This document shows positions 18,589 to 30,821 of a DNA stretch of 34,906 nucleotides, piece after piece. Position numbers and translations under genes: made by a program. The notes beneath the pieces were generated by a model. That model saw nothing but the letters and a program-made list of their open reading frames with translations, had not been told where the DNA came from and searched no databases. The DNA lies in NCBI GenBank assembly GCA_020536535.1, contig JAHLWZ010000975.1, positions 1-34,906 of the forward strand, read 5' to 3'. Each line of letters begins with the position of its first letter. Position 1 is the first letter of the stretch. Origin of the DNA: Pelomyxa schiedti. Taxonomy: Eukaryota; Protista; Evosea.

Positions 18589-21500
18589 ATGACTCTGGAC
18601 ACTTTGATACATTCTTTGGTCGAGTTCCCTGGGGTAACTCTCCGCGATTTACTGTGCTTTAGATTAAGTGTGGTCTCTTTTTCCATACCGAAAATCTGAT
18701 CCGTTGCAGAAAAAAAACTTCTGTTTTTGGAAGAAAAGAGTTTTTTTGGTCTAATGTCACATTACCAACAGTTCCAAAACAATTTTGTTGAACAAGTTCA
18801 TCCAACTTACCAACTTCTCTACGAAGACACCCTAAAGCATCTCTCATCTAAAATTGTGGAAAGTATGGACTGTATTTTCTATTTTCTGGTCTCTAACAAA
18901 CAAAAAACACACAAAAAAAGAACCCCTTCGCGATGTGGCACCCAATTCCACTACAGTTTCCCTGGATTTCCTGTTTCTTTCAAAATTTCCGGGTACTTCT
19001 AACTCCCCATCAGTCTTTATTAATCTTGTATAAAAGAGAAACCTCTATCAGGGGTATCTTCCTCACTCACGGCACTCAATTTGTCTCACAACTGTCTTGT
19101 GGAAATTCCTTCTTCAATATCTTTTTTACGCAATCTTCTAAACCTTAACTTGTCCTGTAAGTCTTCCCCCTTAAAAAAAATCTTCTTTTCTTTTTTTTTT
19201 TTTTGTAACAATAGACCAAAACAAGGGAATAACCTCACTTGTCTGCCAGCCTCACTATCATTGCTATTCAACTTGACCACACTCAACGTTGGTTCCAATT
19301 CTTTTCCAGAGTTAATACTTTCCAGATAGAGCACAATCAACTGGCCTCCTTGCCAGAGTCTCTTGGAAATTGCCTGTTAATGGAACTCAGATGTGGATAC
19401 AACAACGTATTTTTATGATATCCTTAGTCGATTTATCTAAATCTCCCCAGCTACAAATGCTACCACTGAGCTTGACGCACCATTTGGCACACAAGCAGTT
19501 GTCATGTGACCCTAATCCCTTCCATGAGCTGCCTCCCTCACGCGATCTCCTACACTACTTACAGCAATGTTCGAAAACTCAGAGTTCTCGTTGGCCCAGA
19601 GTGAAGCTTGTTCTTGTTGGGCCTGTATGTTGTATAGATAACATTATTTGGCTAATCACACCATAAATACAAAGGAAAATGTCGGAAAAACAACTATTGC
19701 CAACCGGTTGCAATCCAAAACACATGATGGGATTTCTACAGGTGATGAGAATTATCGAGGCATGCATAAGTAAACAATCTTTCTAGATGGCATAGATATT
19801 CAGTTCCTGACTATTAAAACGATTGATTTTAGTCTCTGGGGTATTTCTTCTCTCTCCTTCATTACTTTTTGATCCCCAACAAGACTTCGGTGGACAGGTA
19901 TGCCTTAATGCCAAATTGTTATTATCCTAACACGAAGTTTCTAAAGGCAACTTTCCTGCCAACACATCAGGTAAGGTTTCTGTATGTTGTTGTAAATATG
20001 GCCTTAGTGAATACAGTTTTTCTTGACTGGGCGCGCCTTATACCTTGTTGTATACGATCTGCAAAACCCAAATTTCGCTCGAAATGAATATTGGATCAGG
20101 TGCTTGCATCGTCCACATCTGGATGTGAACTGATCCTCGTAATAGGCAAATTTTGCACACTTCCAGATCTGGGCCAGTCCCACCTGTTATTCTTGTTGGT
20201 ACACGAGCAGATAGACTCGCCTCACTTGAACAAGCTTCTCAGATTAGTGAAGCTGTGACTACACAACTTCGTTGCATATGTAAATCAATGGTAGCCAGTG
20301 TCGTCGTTTCAGGAAAGGATGGAGATCTGTCTCCTCTAGAAGATGCAATTTTGAGAGCAACTTCACAGAAGCAGAGTGTTCTGTGTCCAATGGTTAAGAT
20401 TACACTCAATTTTAAAAAGTGGTTACTTCTGCTAGGTACCCACAGGGTACATTTTATTGGACGAACTTATACAAGAAAAAAAGAAGTCCTTGCCTTATGT
20501 GAACTGGACAGTTTTCAGTCAGTGGGCATCAGAACCTTCAGTTGATCTGGGTTCTGAACACTTAAAAGAGGTAGAACAGTTATTTGTATTTACACTCAGT
20601 AACTCAGGTGACCTCTTTTCTGCATTCAGTCGGGTCCATTGTGCACTACGACTCCAATAGCTCTCAACTTGGAGATTATGTTGTTCTCCAACCTAAGTTT
20701 TTAGCTGGTCATTCCTCTCTATCTTACTTTTTCCTTATATTTATCTTAGATCTGATGTCAACTACAGTCACGTTTAAGACTAATATTGGCAGTGGGTTCT
20801 TGGGCCGGGAGACTCTTACTCAACTTTGGCAGCACTACAACGCAGAAACACACCCGATGCTGATCGAACTGTTATCTTTATTTTTGGTTCTGCTCCCTAT
20901 TTGTATAAACAGAAAAGAGGGCTTTCTAGTCCCTTGGTAAAATATAAGAAGCAATACCAGTATTACTTACTATGCTGCAGTGCTTTACCCGAAAAACCTC
21001 CCCCAGAGGCAGAAACATTTGGAACTGCAACCGAATATCAGACTTATAAAAAATACGGTACTTGGCTTTCACTGGACTGCACAGAAAAAGTAACTTTGTT
21101 AAGACAGGATTTATAGCTTTCCAGGTTTACCTATTGGTCTCTTTGGTAGACTACTAGTACGAATTATGCACCTACCAAACATCACAAATTTCTTATTTTG
21201 GCGGGACAATTTGCAAATTGAAGTTCTTCCTGAGGGTGGTATGTTTCCCTCTCAATTTGATTACCTGAATAACATGAATTAGATGCACGGAAGCAGTTGG
21301 GTTCTGTCGTTTTTGATTCTGCGGCTGGATTAACTCAATTTTTGATTATTTCCGTGAAACTACCACCTCACGCTGTGTGAAGTCACTTCCCTTACCACCT
21401 CCAATCTGATATTTCCATAGAAGCCTTATCTGATGTCCAAGGTTCTTTTATGTGTAGACACTACTATAGAATGCTTTTATAAGTATGGTTTCCGCTTTCT

Positions 21501-24500
21501 TTCCTGCTGCTTCCATCCCTTTTTTAGGGGGCTACAAGTTGATTTGCATCAATTTGTTACATGCACACACTGTCCTGAACCATCTGCCAATTCACCTTTA
21601 GCACACCAGTTTCCCCTGGAGGAGGTATTTTCTGCTTTGACTAACAAGACCACTTTGCTATGCCCTGTAAGTCAAATGAGTGTATGTTAGTCTGTGACAT
21701 CCCCTAGGTAGAGAAAATTAATGTCCGTCCTCATTTATTGGCACCAGACTTGATGATTCCAAATTGCAACCAAATCAGTGAACAGGAGATTCAAGACTTA
21801 ATACCGATAGGACAAGGTTTTCCTTTGTAGAATTTTAAATTTGCCAAATCCTAACGTGCAACAGGAGGCTTCGGAAAGATATACAAGGGTTTGTAGCAAA
21901 GTTTGATAATGGATCCACCGACAAATCAATAAGGTATTTGGGATGGCAAAGAGGTTGCAGTTAAGGAAATGCTCGTTGGGTCTGATGAAGAGACTGGTCT
22001 CGAAAAATTCAACGAATTTCAAAGGGAAGTCGAGTTAATGAGGTAATGGAAGAAATGATACTCTCACCTTCTCACTTTTTGTAGCATGTTAAATTCCCCC
22101 TATATTGTCAAGCTCTTTGGGATTTCGTCTCCCAGTACAATAGGAAAAATGCCAATGATGGTCATGGAATTTGTGACAATGGGAGACCTAATGAAAGTTC
22201 TCCAAAAGAAGTCTGTCACTCCAGAAGTTTCAAGTATAAAGCCACGTTTCATATAAGTGGCTCATTTTTTACAGCGTCTATGCCTCTGGGGGATGGCCTG
22301 AATCAGTACCCCGAAGAAGACCCAACATACCTTTTTAAAATGAGGTTTAGTTCCTTTTATTTCCAAATGAGGTGCTTTTTTTTTTTCTAAGCCTAACATA
22401 GTTGGAGACTACGACTTCTTTTGGCTCTGGATATTGCAAAAGGGTTGTCTTACCTTCACTCCTTACATCCTCCTGTTATACACAGGTTGCTTGAGGCTTA
22501 ATTTTGGTACTAATACTCTCTACAGAGATCTTCGTAGCCCTAATATCTTTGTGCGTTATTGTATCTATTAACATCTCACACCAATTGATTTCAGATTAAA
22601 ACATTGGACCCAGAGGCACCAGTTCGAGCCAAAGTGGCTGACTGTAACTCTCACCCAGTCATTCTCCTCACTAATTTCTTCCTTTTTTAACACAGTCGGC
22701 CTCAGCATAACTGCAGCTGGAGGTGTCAAAGGAAACCTGAATACGTGGCAGGTACCTTTTTAGACAAACTGTTCTGATAATGACTAAATGAATAAAAGTG
22801 GTTAGCTCCAGAGGTAATTGATTCTGATACGGAGAAATACGATTGCCAGTCGGATATCTTCAGCCTTGGGGTATTCTACATAACTTGATTTCATTTTTTA
22901 ATGCCTCTAGATTGTTATCTTTGAAATTTTAACTCGATCCTTCCCCTATGATGGTGCTCATCCTCAATTCCTCCCCCTTACGAACTTTTAACTCCTCCAG
23001 AATATGCCACCCGTGACCTATACACTGTCACCGTTGGTGGAAATAAAGAGTGGCGAATACAAACAGTGAAACAAGCTATTATAACTGACAATCTACGACC
23101 CACCATTCCACCAACTTTAAATTGTCCACGGTGGAATTGCTCATCTTAGAGAGATTTTTTAACACTCCTTAGTCTCTTACGACCATTCGTTGAGAGCTGC
23201 TGGCGAAAGATACCCTCAGAAAGACCAACCGCCTCTCATTCTGTAACTTTTCTGCAAAAAGTCCTTGGAATATCAGAACCTCTCGTGACAGCAACCGCAG
23301 CAGGTGTGGTGCCACCTTTATTTTTGCATCACGTAATTTTTTTTGAAGAACTCCTTCCTCTTCCCTCGGAAATCCCGCTACTTTGGAAGAAAGAACCTAG
23401 TTTTAAAGTAACAGCATCCGTCATGTCTGACCAAGGAGGCACAACTTCCTTTGTGAGTTTGTTCCTTTTTATATTATCTTACGGTAACGGAAACCAGATT
23501 GGTTGCAACGACGGAGCAGTGAGGCAACTTTCCGCTAATGGTGATATCGTCGAGTTGGCTTCTGGTCCAACCAAATATACGAAAATTTACTGCGTTTTGT
23601 GTGTTGGGGCAGAGTTATGGGTTGGAGCCAATGGTGGCAGAATCAGTGTTTATGATGCCCTGGTATTTCATAGCTCCATTGCGTACTTCTTACTTTTCTA
23701 TCTCAGACACTCCAATTTAAAACTGAAATCACTGTTCATGGGGACTCCCATTTCACAACCCATCTAATTGCTATATATGATAATTCAAATCTGACTGCAG
23801 TCTGGTCTGTATCCTCCACGGAAGAAACTGTTGTTAGTGTAAATCCACAAGTGTGGCAACAACCTGTTAAAAATTTTTTTTTCTAATTTTTCTTTCCAGG
23901 AAAAGGAGGTTATGAATAAGGTCTATCTCGGAGAAAAGACACAAATAGGATGCTTATGTCAGCATTCTAACTTTGTCTGGGTTGGCTGCTTTCATAAAAT
24001 TATCATCATGAATTCCAATACTATGCAAACTTATAGAATTCTTACGCGAGGTCAAAATCTTGCAAGTGAAGTTTTTCTTTAATGTGGAAACTAGGCGTGC
24101 CAATACATAAGCATGGATGTGTGATTATCTCTGAAGATACAATATGGTTTGGCACTCACAACAGCATAAGAGTGTATGACGCCAACTTCTTGGTATTACG
24201 CCTCCTCTTTAAATTTCAATTTCCTAAGATATTTTGAAGAATTGCACACAGACCCTTATTGGACATCAAGGAGAGGTTACTTCATTCTGCCGAGCTCTTG
24301 GGTTTTTTAACCCCTTATCCTCCATATCCTTATTCCAACTGCCAATTAGTTACATATGGTCATCTGACAGTGAAGGAGTAATTTTTGCATGGAACTCAAG
24401 ATCATTCACTCCGGCACACAAAATATCTCTTCCGGGAGTATTTATCACTTCACTATTTTCCTTTTCACAGTAAGTGCTCCACAACAATTACACATTTTCA

Positions 24501-24574
24501 TCACTGCATTACAGTCTTCTTGTTTATTCCGCCATGTTCCCCACAGGGCAAGTTGGAGCCTATTCCCTTCGTAA
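18589..24574 (+). CDS. ROCO-family protein kinase (LRRK/Dictyostelium Roco-like): LRR repeats, Roc GTPase, COR, Ser/Thr kinase, WD40. More than 25 exons. The start (18589) and end (24574) are uncertain.
   Basis: - LRR: LSGVSSSLTALNLSHNCLVEIPSSISFLRNLLNLNLS W NNLTCLPASLSLLFNLTTLNVGSNSF (intron 19157-19225), then further LRRs to LHYLQQC.
- Roc: PRVKLVLVGP | ENVGKTTIANRLQSK (G1 P-loop), DFGGQ (G3, about 19900), VPPVILVGTRADRL (G4, about 20170).
- COR: DYVVLQPKFLAGH, MLIELLSLF.
- Kinase: GGFGKIYKG | GIWDGKEVAVKEMLVGSDEETGLEKFNEFQREVELMS (45-nt intron at 21889-21933), MLNSPYIVKLFGISSP..MMVMEFVTMGDLMKVLQKK, RLLLALDIAKGLSYLHSLHPPVIHRDLRSPNIFV, KVADFGLSITAAGGVKGNLNTWQ (DFG recovered after splicing), APEVIDSDTEKYDCQSDIFSLGV, ILYEILTRSFPYDGAHPQF, LLRPFVESCWRKIPSERPTASHSV.
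- WD40: NGNQIGCNDGAVRQLSANGDIVELAS, ELWVGANGGRISVYDAL, TLIGHQGEVTSFCRA, IWSSDSEGVIFAWNS.
The model stop is at 24572-24574. Confidence 0.65.
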
Positions 24575-25208
24575 GTAGTTCTCCTTCTCCCTCAATTCGA
24601 CTTCTTACATTTCCCATGATAAAGCCAAATCACCAGCGAAGCCACCATCGACTCCACCACAGCCAATGCGTTGGTCAACGCCCACCAAGACCAAAAAACA
24701 TTAACTCCCCATCACCACAAACCCCTAGTCAGACACATAACAATCTGCAGAGGTTTTTCTTTGTGGAAAAGAAAACCTTTCACTCTATCAAGCCAACTTC
24801 TTCTCTTCTTTTACGCCGAGACACAGCGCAAAATCCATTCAATATGGTTGATCCGATTGCGTGTTGTTAGAATCACCACCCGCACAAAAAATATCCAAAC
24901 ACGTCGGGAAAACTTCCCCTTTTGGTGTTTTTCGCCAAAGCCACGTAATTTCGAAATTCACTTCACTTCAATGTCGACCAACACGACCGTGAGCACGAAT
25001 GCGTTGGGAGTCGAGCACATGAACGTGGTTCAACAAAGGCTGGCGACCACGTCTCCTTGTTCATCAGAAATGTCGTTCACAACCTGCCACGCAAATAGGC
25101 TGCACCGCCCAATCCACATCCTCAATGTGTGTGCTATTTTCGGGGAAAACCGAGTTTGGAGTTGGAGCTTCAGTGTCACTCAGAACCTCACCTTAACACT
25201 GATGTAGA

Positions 25209-26331
25209 TTGGTGCAGTTGTTGTGGCCTTTGTTAGAGTTCTTGGCGACGGGAGATTGCTTGTTTTTGGGGATCCATTTGTTCCGGTTGAAGAGGTGCCT
25301 CTGCATTTTTGGTTACAGCAACAATTTGGCTAATTTCGAATCATTGCAGATAGTATCTGCTCTGGGCTCCAGACTAGCAGGGTTTGAAAGGATAACTGTT
25401 GGCATTGCAAAGCAGCTTGAGGCCTTGGGTTTTCCGCCTAGTCGTGACCGTGACTCTGATGACTACGTGTACCAATGCTCTGACCTTGCTGAGTTGCCAG
25501 GAAATAAGTATAGCAAAAAGAGAGCATGGGCAAGTATACTTTTAATTCCCCCTCATTTTCATTTTTGACAGCAAAATTTATCATAGGTTAAGAAGGCTCT
25601 TGATACATATCGAGGAAGAATTGAAACAGAGGACCTGAGTATCAGTAACATCGCTGGATGCATTGAGTTATTAAACTCCTGGTGTGACAAGAAGAATTGT
25701 GCTACTGGTGATTAGATTACTTTTGAATAAGCCCATTAGTCTAAACATGATTCAGACAGGAGTATGTGTGGCGAATACCACGCAACACTTGACACACTTA
25801 CAAACTGGGAACTATTTGCACCAGCTTTATTTGGAACAGTAATTCGGATAGATGGCAAAGTACAGTTCCAGGTCTCCTCATTGAGTTCTAATGCTGCCCA
25901 GGTTGAGGCTTTTTGTGTTGGGGAACGCCTCAATCCTACAATGGCTATTTGCCATTTTGAAAAAGCAAATGTTGATCTAGTGGTATTAACTCTTCCGCAT
26001 CCATTTTTCTACCACTTCCATGGAATTAATTGCAACAAGGGCATGGCCCAGCTGATCAACAAAATGTTTGCTGATAAACTGAAAAGTATGGGAATCACTT
26101 TCATCAACCGTGAAGAAGACTGTGGCTCTGAGGGCCTCAGACAGGTTTCTGTACCTTACTCTTGTCCTTCATTCTAATGTGGTTTTGTTTTGTGCAGGCA
26201 AAACAGAGCTACCACCCTCACCACATGGTGGAAAAATTCAAAGTGAACATAACACCAGAAACACCTTGTGCCTTCACCTGCCAATCAAAGAAGTGCTTTG
26301 TCACGTCTTCAGAAGACATTGAGGACTTGTA
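25209..26331 (+). CDS. Hypothetical multi-exon gene of unknown function (weak model).
   Basis: Contiguous ORF pieces are 25209-25568 (..SALGSRLAGFERITVGIAKQLEALGFPPSRDRDSDDYVYQCSDLAELPGNKYSKKRAW), then 25764-26153 (..VIRIDGKVQFQVSSLSSNAAQVEAFCVGERLNPTMAICHFEKANVDLVVLTLPHPFFYHFHGINCNKGMAQLINKMFADKLKSMGITFINREEDCGSEGLRQ). After an intron at 26154-26206 comes AKQSYHPHHMVEKFKVNITPETPCAFTCQSKKCFVTSSEDIEDL stop. No domain recognised. Confidence 0.3.
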
Positions 26332-26429
26332 GACTCTTCCACTCAAACCATTGTGGTGGGACTGAACAAATTTCCCAATCTAATTTTGCACCAAGATATT
26401 AAGCTGAAAGAACAAGCAGAGCTTTCAAC

Positions 26430-26567
26430 AAGCTCGTTGTCAACAAACAAAGTTGAAGCACAGGAGGGGAGATAGTGGGGAGGAGGGGGAGGGGGAGGGG
26501 GGGGGAGGGAGTACCTCCTCCTTTACCCTCCTCCCCCTCCTCCCCAACCAAGCTCGTTGTCAACAAA
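26430..26567. repeat. Perfect G-rich/C-rich inverted repeat (hairpin with stems of about 33 nt centred on gtac at about 26510). It is flanked by 19-bp direct repeats caagctcgttgtcaacaaa (26430-26448 and 26549-26567).
   Basis: The sequence is ggggaggagggggagggggaggggggggaggga gtac ctcctcctttaccctcctccccctcctcccc. The G arm has 4 or more G-runs (G-quadruplex-capable). It lies 17 bp upstream of the proposed ATG of the NHL gene. Confidence 0.8.
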
Positions 26568-26584
26568 AATATTTGTATTGGCAG

Positions 26585-27993
26585 ATGACAACCAAGTTGG
26601 GGCGCGGACGGGGAGGGGGACGCGTTGCACCAGGTCGGCGGGACGGCCCTTCCTTCGAGGTGCCGTACGACGTGTGCGTCGATGCGCCCAGGAATCGAGT
26701 TGTGGTTGTGGACTGGCAGATGAACGCGGTGTGGATACTAAAAGGCCTTCCCGACACCAGCTCCGTGTCGCGGCGCTCCTGGCAGGATTGTGGGACGCGA
26801 CACAAGATGGCTTCCGTGGAGCTGGGCGACGTCGAAGTGCTTCTCGTCGGGGGGAGAGGTAGGCAGGGGCTCGAGGACGGGCCAGCGAAAGCCGCTTCTT
26901 TTAAGTGGCCTATAGCGTTGGTGGTGGCCAATGATGGGACAATTTACGTGACCGAGCAGGGGAATAGCTGCATTAGGAAGGTGTCACTGAATGGTGTGTG
27001 TTACTAGGGAAAAGCTCACTCATGCTGGCGATTTTTCCTCTATTGTGGGGTTATGTAATAATCTTTAGGGGACGTTACTCTTGTGGCTGGAAGGGGAGGA
27101 AACGGATTTTCTGATGGAAGAGGTGCTGAAGCTTATTTCTCTTCGCCATGGGGAATTACTATTGAGCCTGGAAGTGGAGACCTTATTGTGTGTGATGTAG
27201 AAAATCATAGGATCAGAAGAGTTACAACCGATGGTTAGTTACCCTTTGGATTACAGCCTTTTGCAATAACTAGGCTTTTCCTGTACTAATCCAGGTATGG
27301 TCACAACTCTTGCAGGGACGGGTGAGAAAGGGTCAACTGATGGCCCGTGCTTACTGGCCAAATTTTCAGCTCCTCGTGGACTTGTATTTGACTCACATGG
27401 AAACCTCTTTATTACCGATTGTGGCTCTTCCTCCATCCGTAAGATTTCACAAGGTTCGTACCACCCCTAATTCTTGTCCTACAACTAATTGGCAATAAAA
27501 AATAATTACCCTTTCGTTGGTATGATCAATCTATCAAAGGGCAAGTTTCCACTTTACATAGATTCAGCTTTGAAGGAATGGATAACAATATTTTAACTGC
27601 AATCAAACTTACACCTGATGAACGGCAATTTGTTATCTCTGACCCAAGAAACAAGATAATACTATTTTATTGCATTGGTTTTGACTTTGATCTCTCGTCT
27701 CCTTTACTACTAAAATCTTTTCCACAGAAACAGGAGCCTGTGAGCTTGTTAACAACTTGCCCATTCTTCACCCCATGGGCTTTTTTGTGAGTAGGGATGG
27801 CGTCTATCTGGCACAGGGAAAATCAAAAGCCTTGGTTTGCATTAAACTGGGGCTCCCCACTTTCAAGGAACTGAAACCGCTTCTGATTGGGTGGAAAGAC
27901 AACAACAGCCTGCTCAATTGTCTTCCCCTTCCCCTGCTTCAGATGATTATCGAATATGCATGGACATGCTCTCTTCCTGCTCTTAAATTGTAG
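26585..27993 (+). CDS. NHL-repeat (six-bladed beta-propeller type) protein, multi-exon, with a GC-rich first exon.
   Basis: - MTTKLGRGRGGGRVAPGRRDGPSFEVPYDVCVDAPRNRVVVVDWQMNAVWILKG...FKWPIALVVANDGTIYVTEQGNSCIRKV.
- DVTLVAGRGGNGFSDGRGAEAYFSSPWGITIEPGSGDLIVCDVENHRIRRVTTDG.
- MVTTLAGTGEKGSTDGPCLLAKFSAPRGLVFDSHGNLFITDCGSSSIRKISQG.
- ...ETGACELVNNLPILHPMGFFVSRDGVYLAQ...stop at 27991-27993.
Introns are roughly 27004-27060, 27237-27295, 27461-27539 and 27729-27737 (uncertain). Confidence 0.6.
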
Positions 27994-28061
27994 AATTTAG
28001 CAGACAATAACTTGCAACTTCTTGAAAACAACTGAAATGGTTTTTCTTCCCTTTTTTTTCC

Positions 28062-29398
28062 CTAGTACAGTGAGAGGGTGCTCTCTGATGTTGTACCACT
28101 TTTTGGTGCTTCTACCTTGGGTGTTTCCACCTCCTCAGATGGGGTACCTTTTGAAGGCACCGTTGCTGAAGGGGTTGTGGATTCCACTGCAGGCTCTGGG
28201 TCATTGATGTACCTCGGGACAGACTCAACAATCTGTAACAGCACATCATTCGATAAGGATGTGGAAGGAATCTCCATCCACTCATTGCGGGATTCTGTGG
28301 GATTTGCAGGGCATATGGAGAACTGGATGGACATAAGAATTTGGTTAATGATTGTGCTGACGACTAACCATCCATCTCAAATCGGGGCCAATTTCCCCAG
28401 TGTGAGGGTTGCGCCTTGAATACCAGATTACTTGTCCATTGTGAATCAAATCCTTTGGGTCTTTAGACAGATACAACTTGGTGAAATCTCGTTGCATTAT
28501 TTTCTCAATCCTTGATCTGAACACCCACATAACCTAGAGAGGGTTTCTACCTTGTTGTTGTGTACGGCCTTCTTACCTCACCATGGCATACAATCACAAC
28601 TTGTTTGCCAGACAACTCACGCCGGAGTGTATTATAAGTATGGTCAATCCTCTGCAGTACATGTGCAAGAGACTCTCCTGATTGAGGAGACCAGAAGAAA
28701 CTTTGAACAGGATTAATTGTGCAGAGTTATCATCCCCTGTTAAAATTTACCAATCACGCGCTCGCCTCTCCAGTTCTGCGGCGTATTTCGCCCTCTGTTA
28801 CAACCACCACACGAGATTAGTATGATCACAAAGGAAAAACTGGCTTCACCTGTTCCACAATAGACGTATTATCAAGAACGCCCTTATCTCTCTCCCTCAA
28901 TAGAACCTCTGTTCTCCAAACAGCCCCAGGCAGGTCAAGCAATGCAGCAGTCTCCATGGCCCTCGTGTATTCGCTCGTGTAGTATCTATCAAAGTGTGTG
29001 GTGATGTTTTTCTTTATCCAGGCTCCAGCAGCCTGAGCCTCTTGTCTCCCGCGGTCTGTGAGCCTGAGTGACGACGATTATGTTAGTTGACGAACCCAAA
29101 TTACTTCCATAGTGTTAGAGTGGAGATTGTCAATACGAATTCAAAAGCAAGCATAAGGAGCAAGGATAGAATTGAAATAGAAAAGAACTGGAGATGCCGG
29201 GCACCTGTAGAGGCTCGAGTGCTTTGCGGCAAAGCCCTCGACGGCGTAGCCACTGAGATCGCCCTTTTTTGCGCGGCTCTGGGCCTCGTTGCCCTCGGAT
29301 CGGCCGTGCCTCACAAACACCAGATCAATTGGTGGCAACCCGTGGGACACGTGCGGTGCCGTTGGCGGTTCACTGCAAGTTGCTGTTGTCGATGCCAT
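28062..29398 (-). CDS. Histidine phosphatase superfamily (phosphoglycerate-mutase-like branch) protein, multi-exon. The first exon is GC-rich.
   Basis: - Exon 1 (29398-~29200) reads MASTTATCSEPPTAPHVSHGLPPIDLVFVRHGRSEGNEAQSRAKKGDLSGYAVEGF (RHG catalytic motif).
- Next is SLRLTDRGRQEAQAAGAWIKKNITTHFDRYYTSEYTRAMETAALLDLPGAVWRTEVLLRERDKGVLDNTSIVEQ.
- Then ...VIVCHGEV... and ...YSRRNPHTGEIGPDLRWMVSRQHNH.
- The C-terminal exon IVESVPRYINDPEPAVESTT...STLSLY ends at 28062. Confidence 0.55.
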
Positions 29399-29602
29399 TT
29401 TTCGTCTGTTCTTGTAAATCCCGAATCAAAAACCTGTTCAAGGGGCGTTTCCTGTTTGTTCGAGAATATCACCCTTTTCACCTGCACCTCCGCTGTTCCT
29501 TTCCAACATCCACTGCGTGTTGTGCTCGGAAAATTCTAAACTATTCTACAGTTTCGAGGTCACAATTGCATTGCAATCAATCGAAACACTGACACTGATT
29601 AG

Positions 29603-30821
29603 ATGGCGGCAACCTCTGTTGGCACATACAGGCCGTGCAGTGTCCCAGAGGCCATCGAGGCAATCCGAGACCTCCACGAGAAGCAGCGCACCTACTACCC
29701 CTGGACCCCCAACACGGCCCAGCTGGGCCCCCGCGACCTCCTCCTCATCGGCTCCCGCGCCCTGGCCTACCTCTCCCAGTGGGGCGCCTTCTCCCCCCCC
29801 GCGAGCCCCAGCCCCTTCCGCCCCGTGGACGCCCGCACCGACTGGGACCTCGTGGGCAGCAAGGCCTCGGTGGCGGCGTGGCTGGAGCGCTGCGCGGCCC
29901 GCGTGGACCAGCTGCACATCAGCAAGGGGGCCCCGCGTCTAGTCGACGAGGGCGACTTCGAGGGGGTGCTGCTGGTCTCGTGCAGGCTGGACGGCGTCCA
30001 CGACGTCGAGGTGCTCGTGTGCACGTTGCTGAGGGAGCAATTGGAGTGTGAGGCGGTGCCCACGGGATTTGATTGCTGCTTGCCTGATGTATCTATATGC
30101 ATATTATCTGATATCCTCTCATCTTGTTTTATTGGCTAATACATTTGGTTTCTTTGGTTTGATTTACATTTGGTTTTCGTTTTTGGTTGTTTTATTATGT
30201 ACATTTGGCGGTTTTACACTTGAGTTTCTTCTCCCTTAAACTATTTAAGGTAAAAATGTTAACCCTTTTTAGGGCACCCCATTTTCTGTGGCGAGTTTGT
30301 TGGCCCTCTGTAAGATAAAGCTCAGTCACTTGGTTTACAATGTCAACTGGAAAAAGCACATGCTGCATTTTGAGGCTATTAAACGCCATTTGTCAGACAG
30401 AAGGCTTCTTGATTCATATCTATTTCAAGTGCTTAACGATTATTCCTGGGAATATAATCCACTGTGCCTCGTGAATAAGCTCATATACGGGTATGCACCA
30501 ACGCAGAGACACTGGATGAGCACCAATCAGCTCATCTCCGAATCCGACTTACCTGCCTTAGAGAGCAAACTTTTGGCCTGCCCTCCTGACTCCCAGAACG
30601 GGTCTGAGACAGGAAATGACCTCAAAGTGAGAGATGTAATACGTACTTTATCACAAGGAGCACTGGATCAACAGTCCTTTTTTTCGCTTTCCGGGAATCA
30701 ACAGAAGGCAGTGGCACTCGAGATAGCCAACCAATTTAGTGCAAGATCCAGAGTCTCTTTTGTGGAGGCAGTGAAAGCGGTCTGTACTTCCACCTTCACC
30801 ACCTTCATTCCTTCCATCTGA
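29603..30821 (+). CDS. Two-exon gene of unknown function. Exon 1 is GC-rich (about 70% GC) and exon 2 is AT-moderate. Weak nucleotidyltransferase-like (GS...DxD...D.E.) and F-box-like motif patterns are present.
   Basis: Exon 1 (29603-30088) reads MAATSVGTYRPCSVPEAIEAIRDLHEKQRTYYPWTPNTAQLGPRDLLLIGSRALAYLSQWGAFSPPASPSPFRPVDARTDWDLVGSKASVAAWLERCAARVDQLHISKGAPRLVDEGDFEGVLLVSCRLDGVHDVEVLVCTLLREQLECEAVPTGFDCCLPD. The donor GT at 30089 is in phase 0. The intron is 30089-30272 (184 nt) and its acceptor ttttag is in phase 0. Exon 2 (30273-30821) reads GTPFSVASLLALCKIKLSHLVYNVNWKKHMLHFEAIKRHLSDRRLLDSYLFQVLNDYSWEYNPLCLVNKLIYGYAPTQRHWM...FIPSI stop. The ORF is long in both exons and the splice phases are consistent. 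Confidence 0.45.

Noticed and set aside
30049-30139. Reading exon 1 of the gene at 29603 straight through to the stop at 30137 (tail ...LPDVSICILSDILSSCFIG, F-box-like start).
   Set aside because: The only phase-0 GT in the region (30089) pairs with a phase-0 ttttag acceptor at 30272. This opens a further 183-codon ORF. The read-through is kept as an alternative isoform but is not the primary model.
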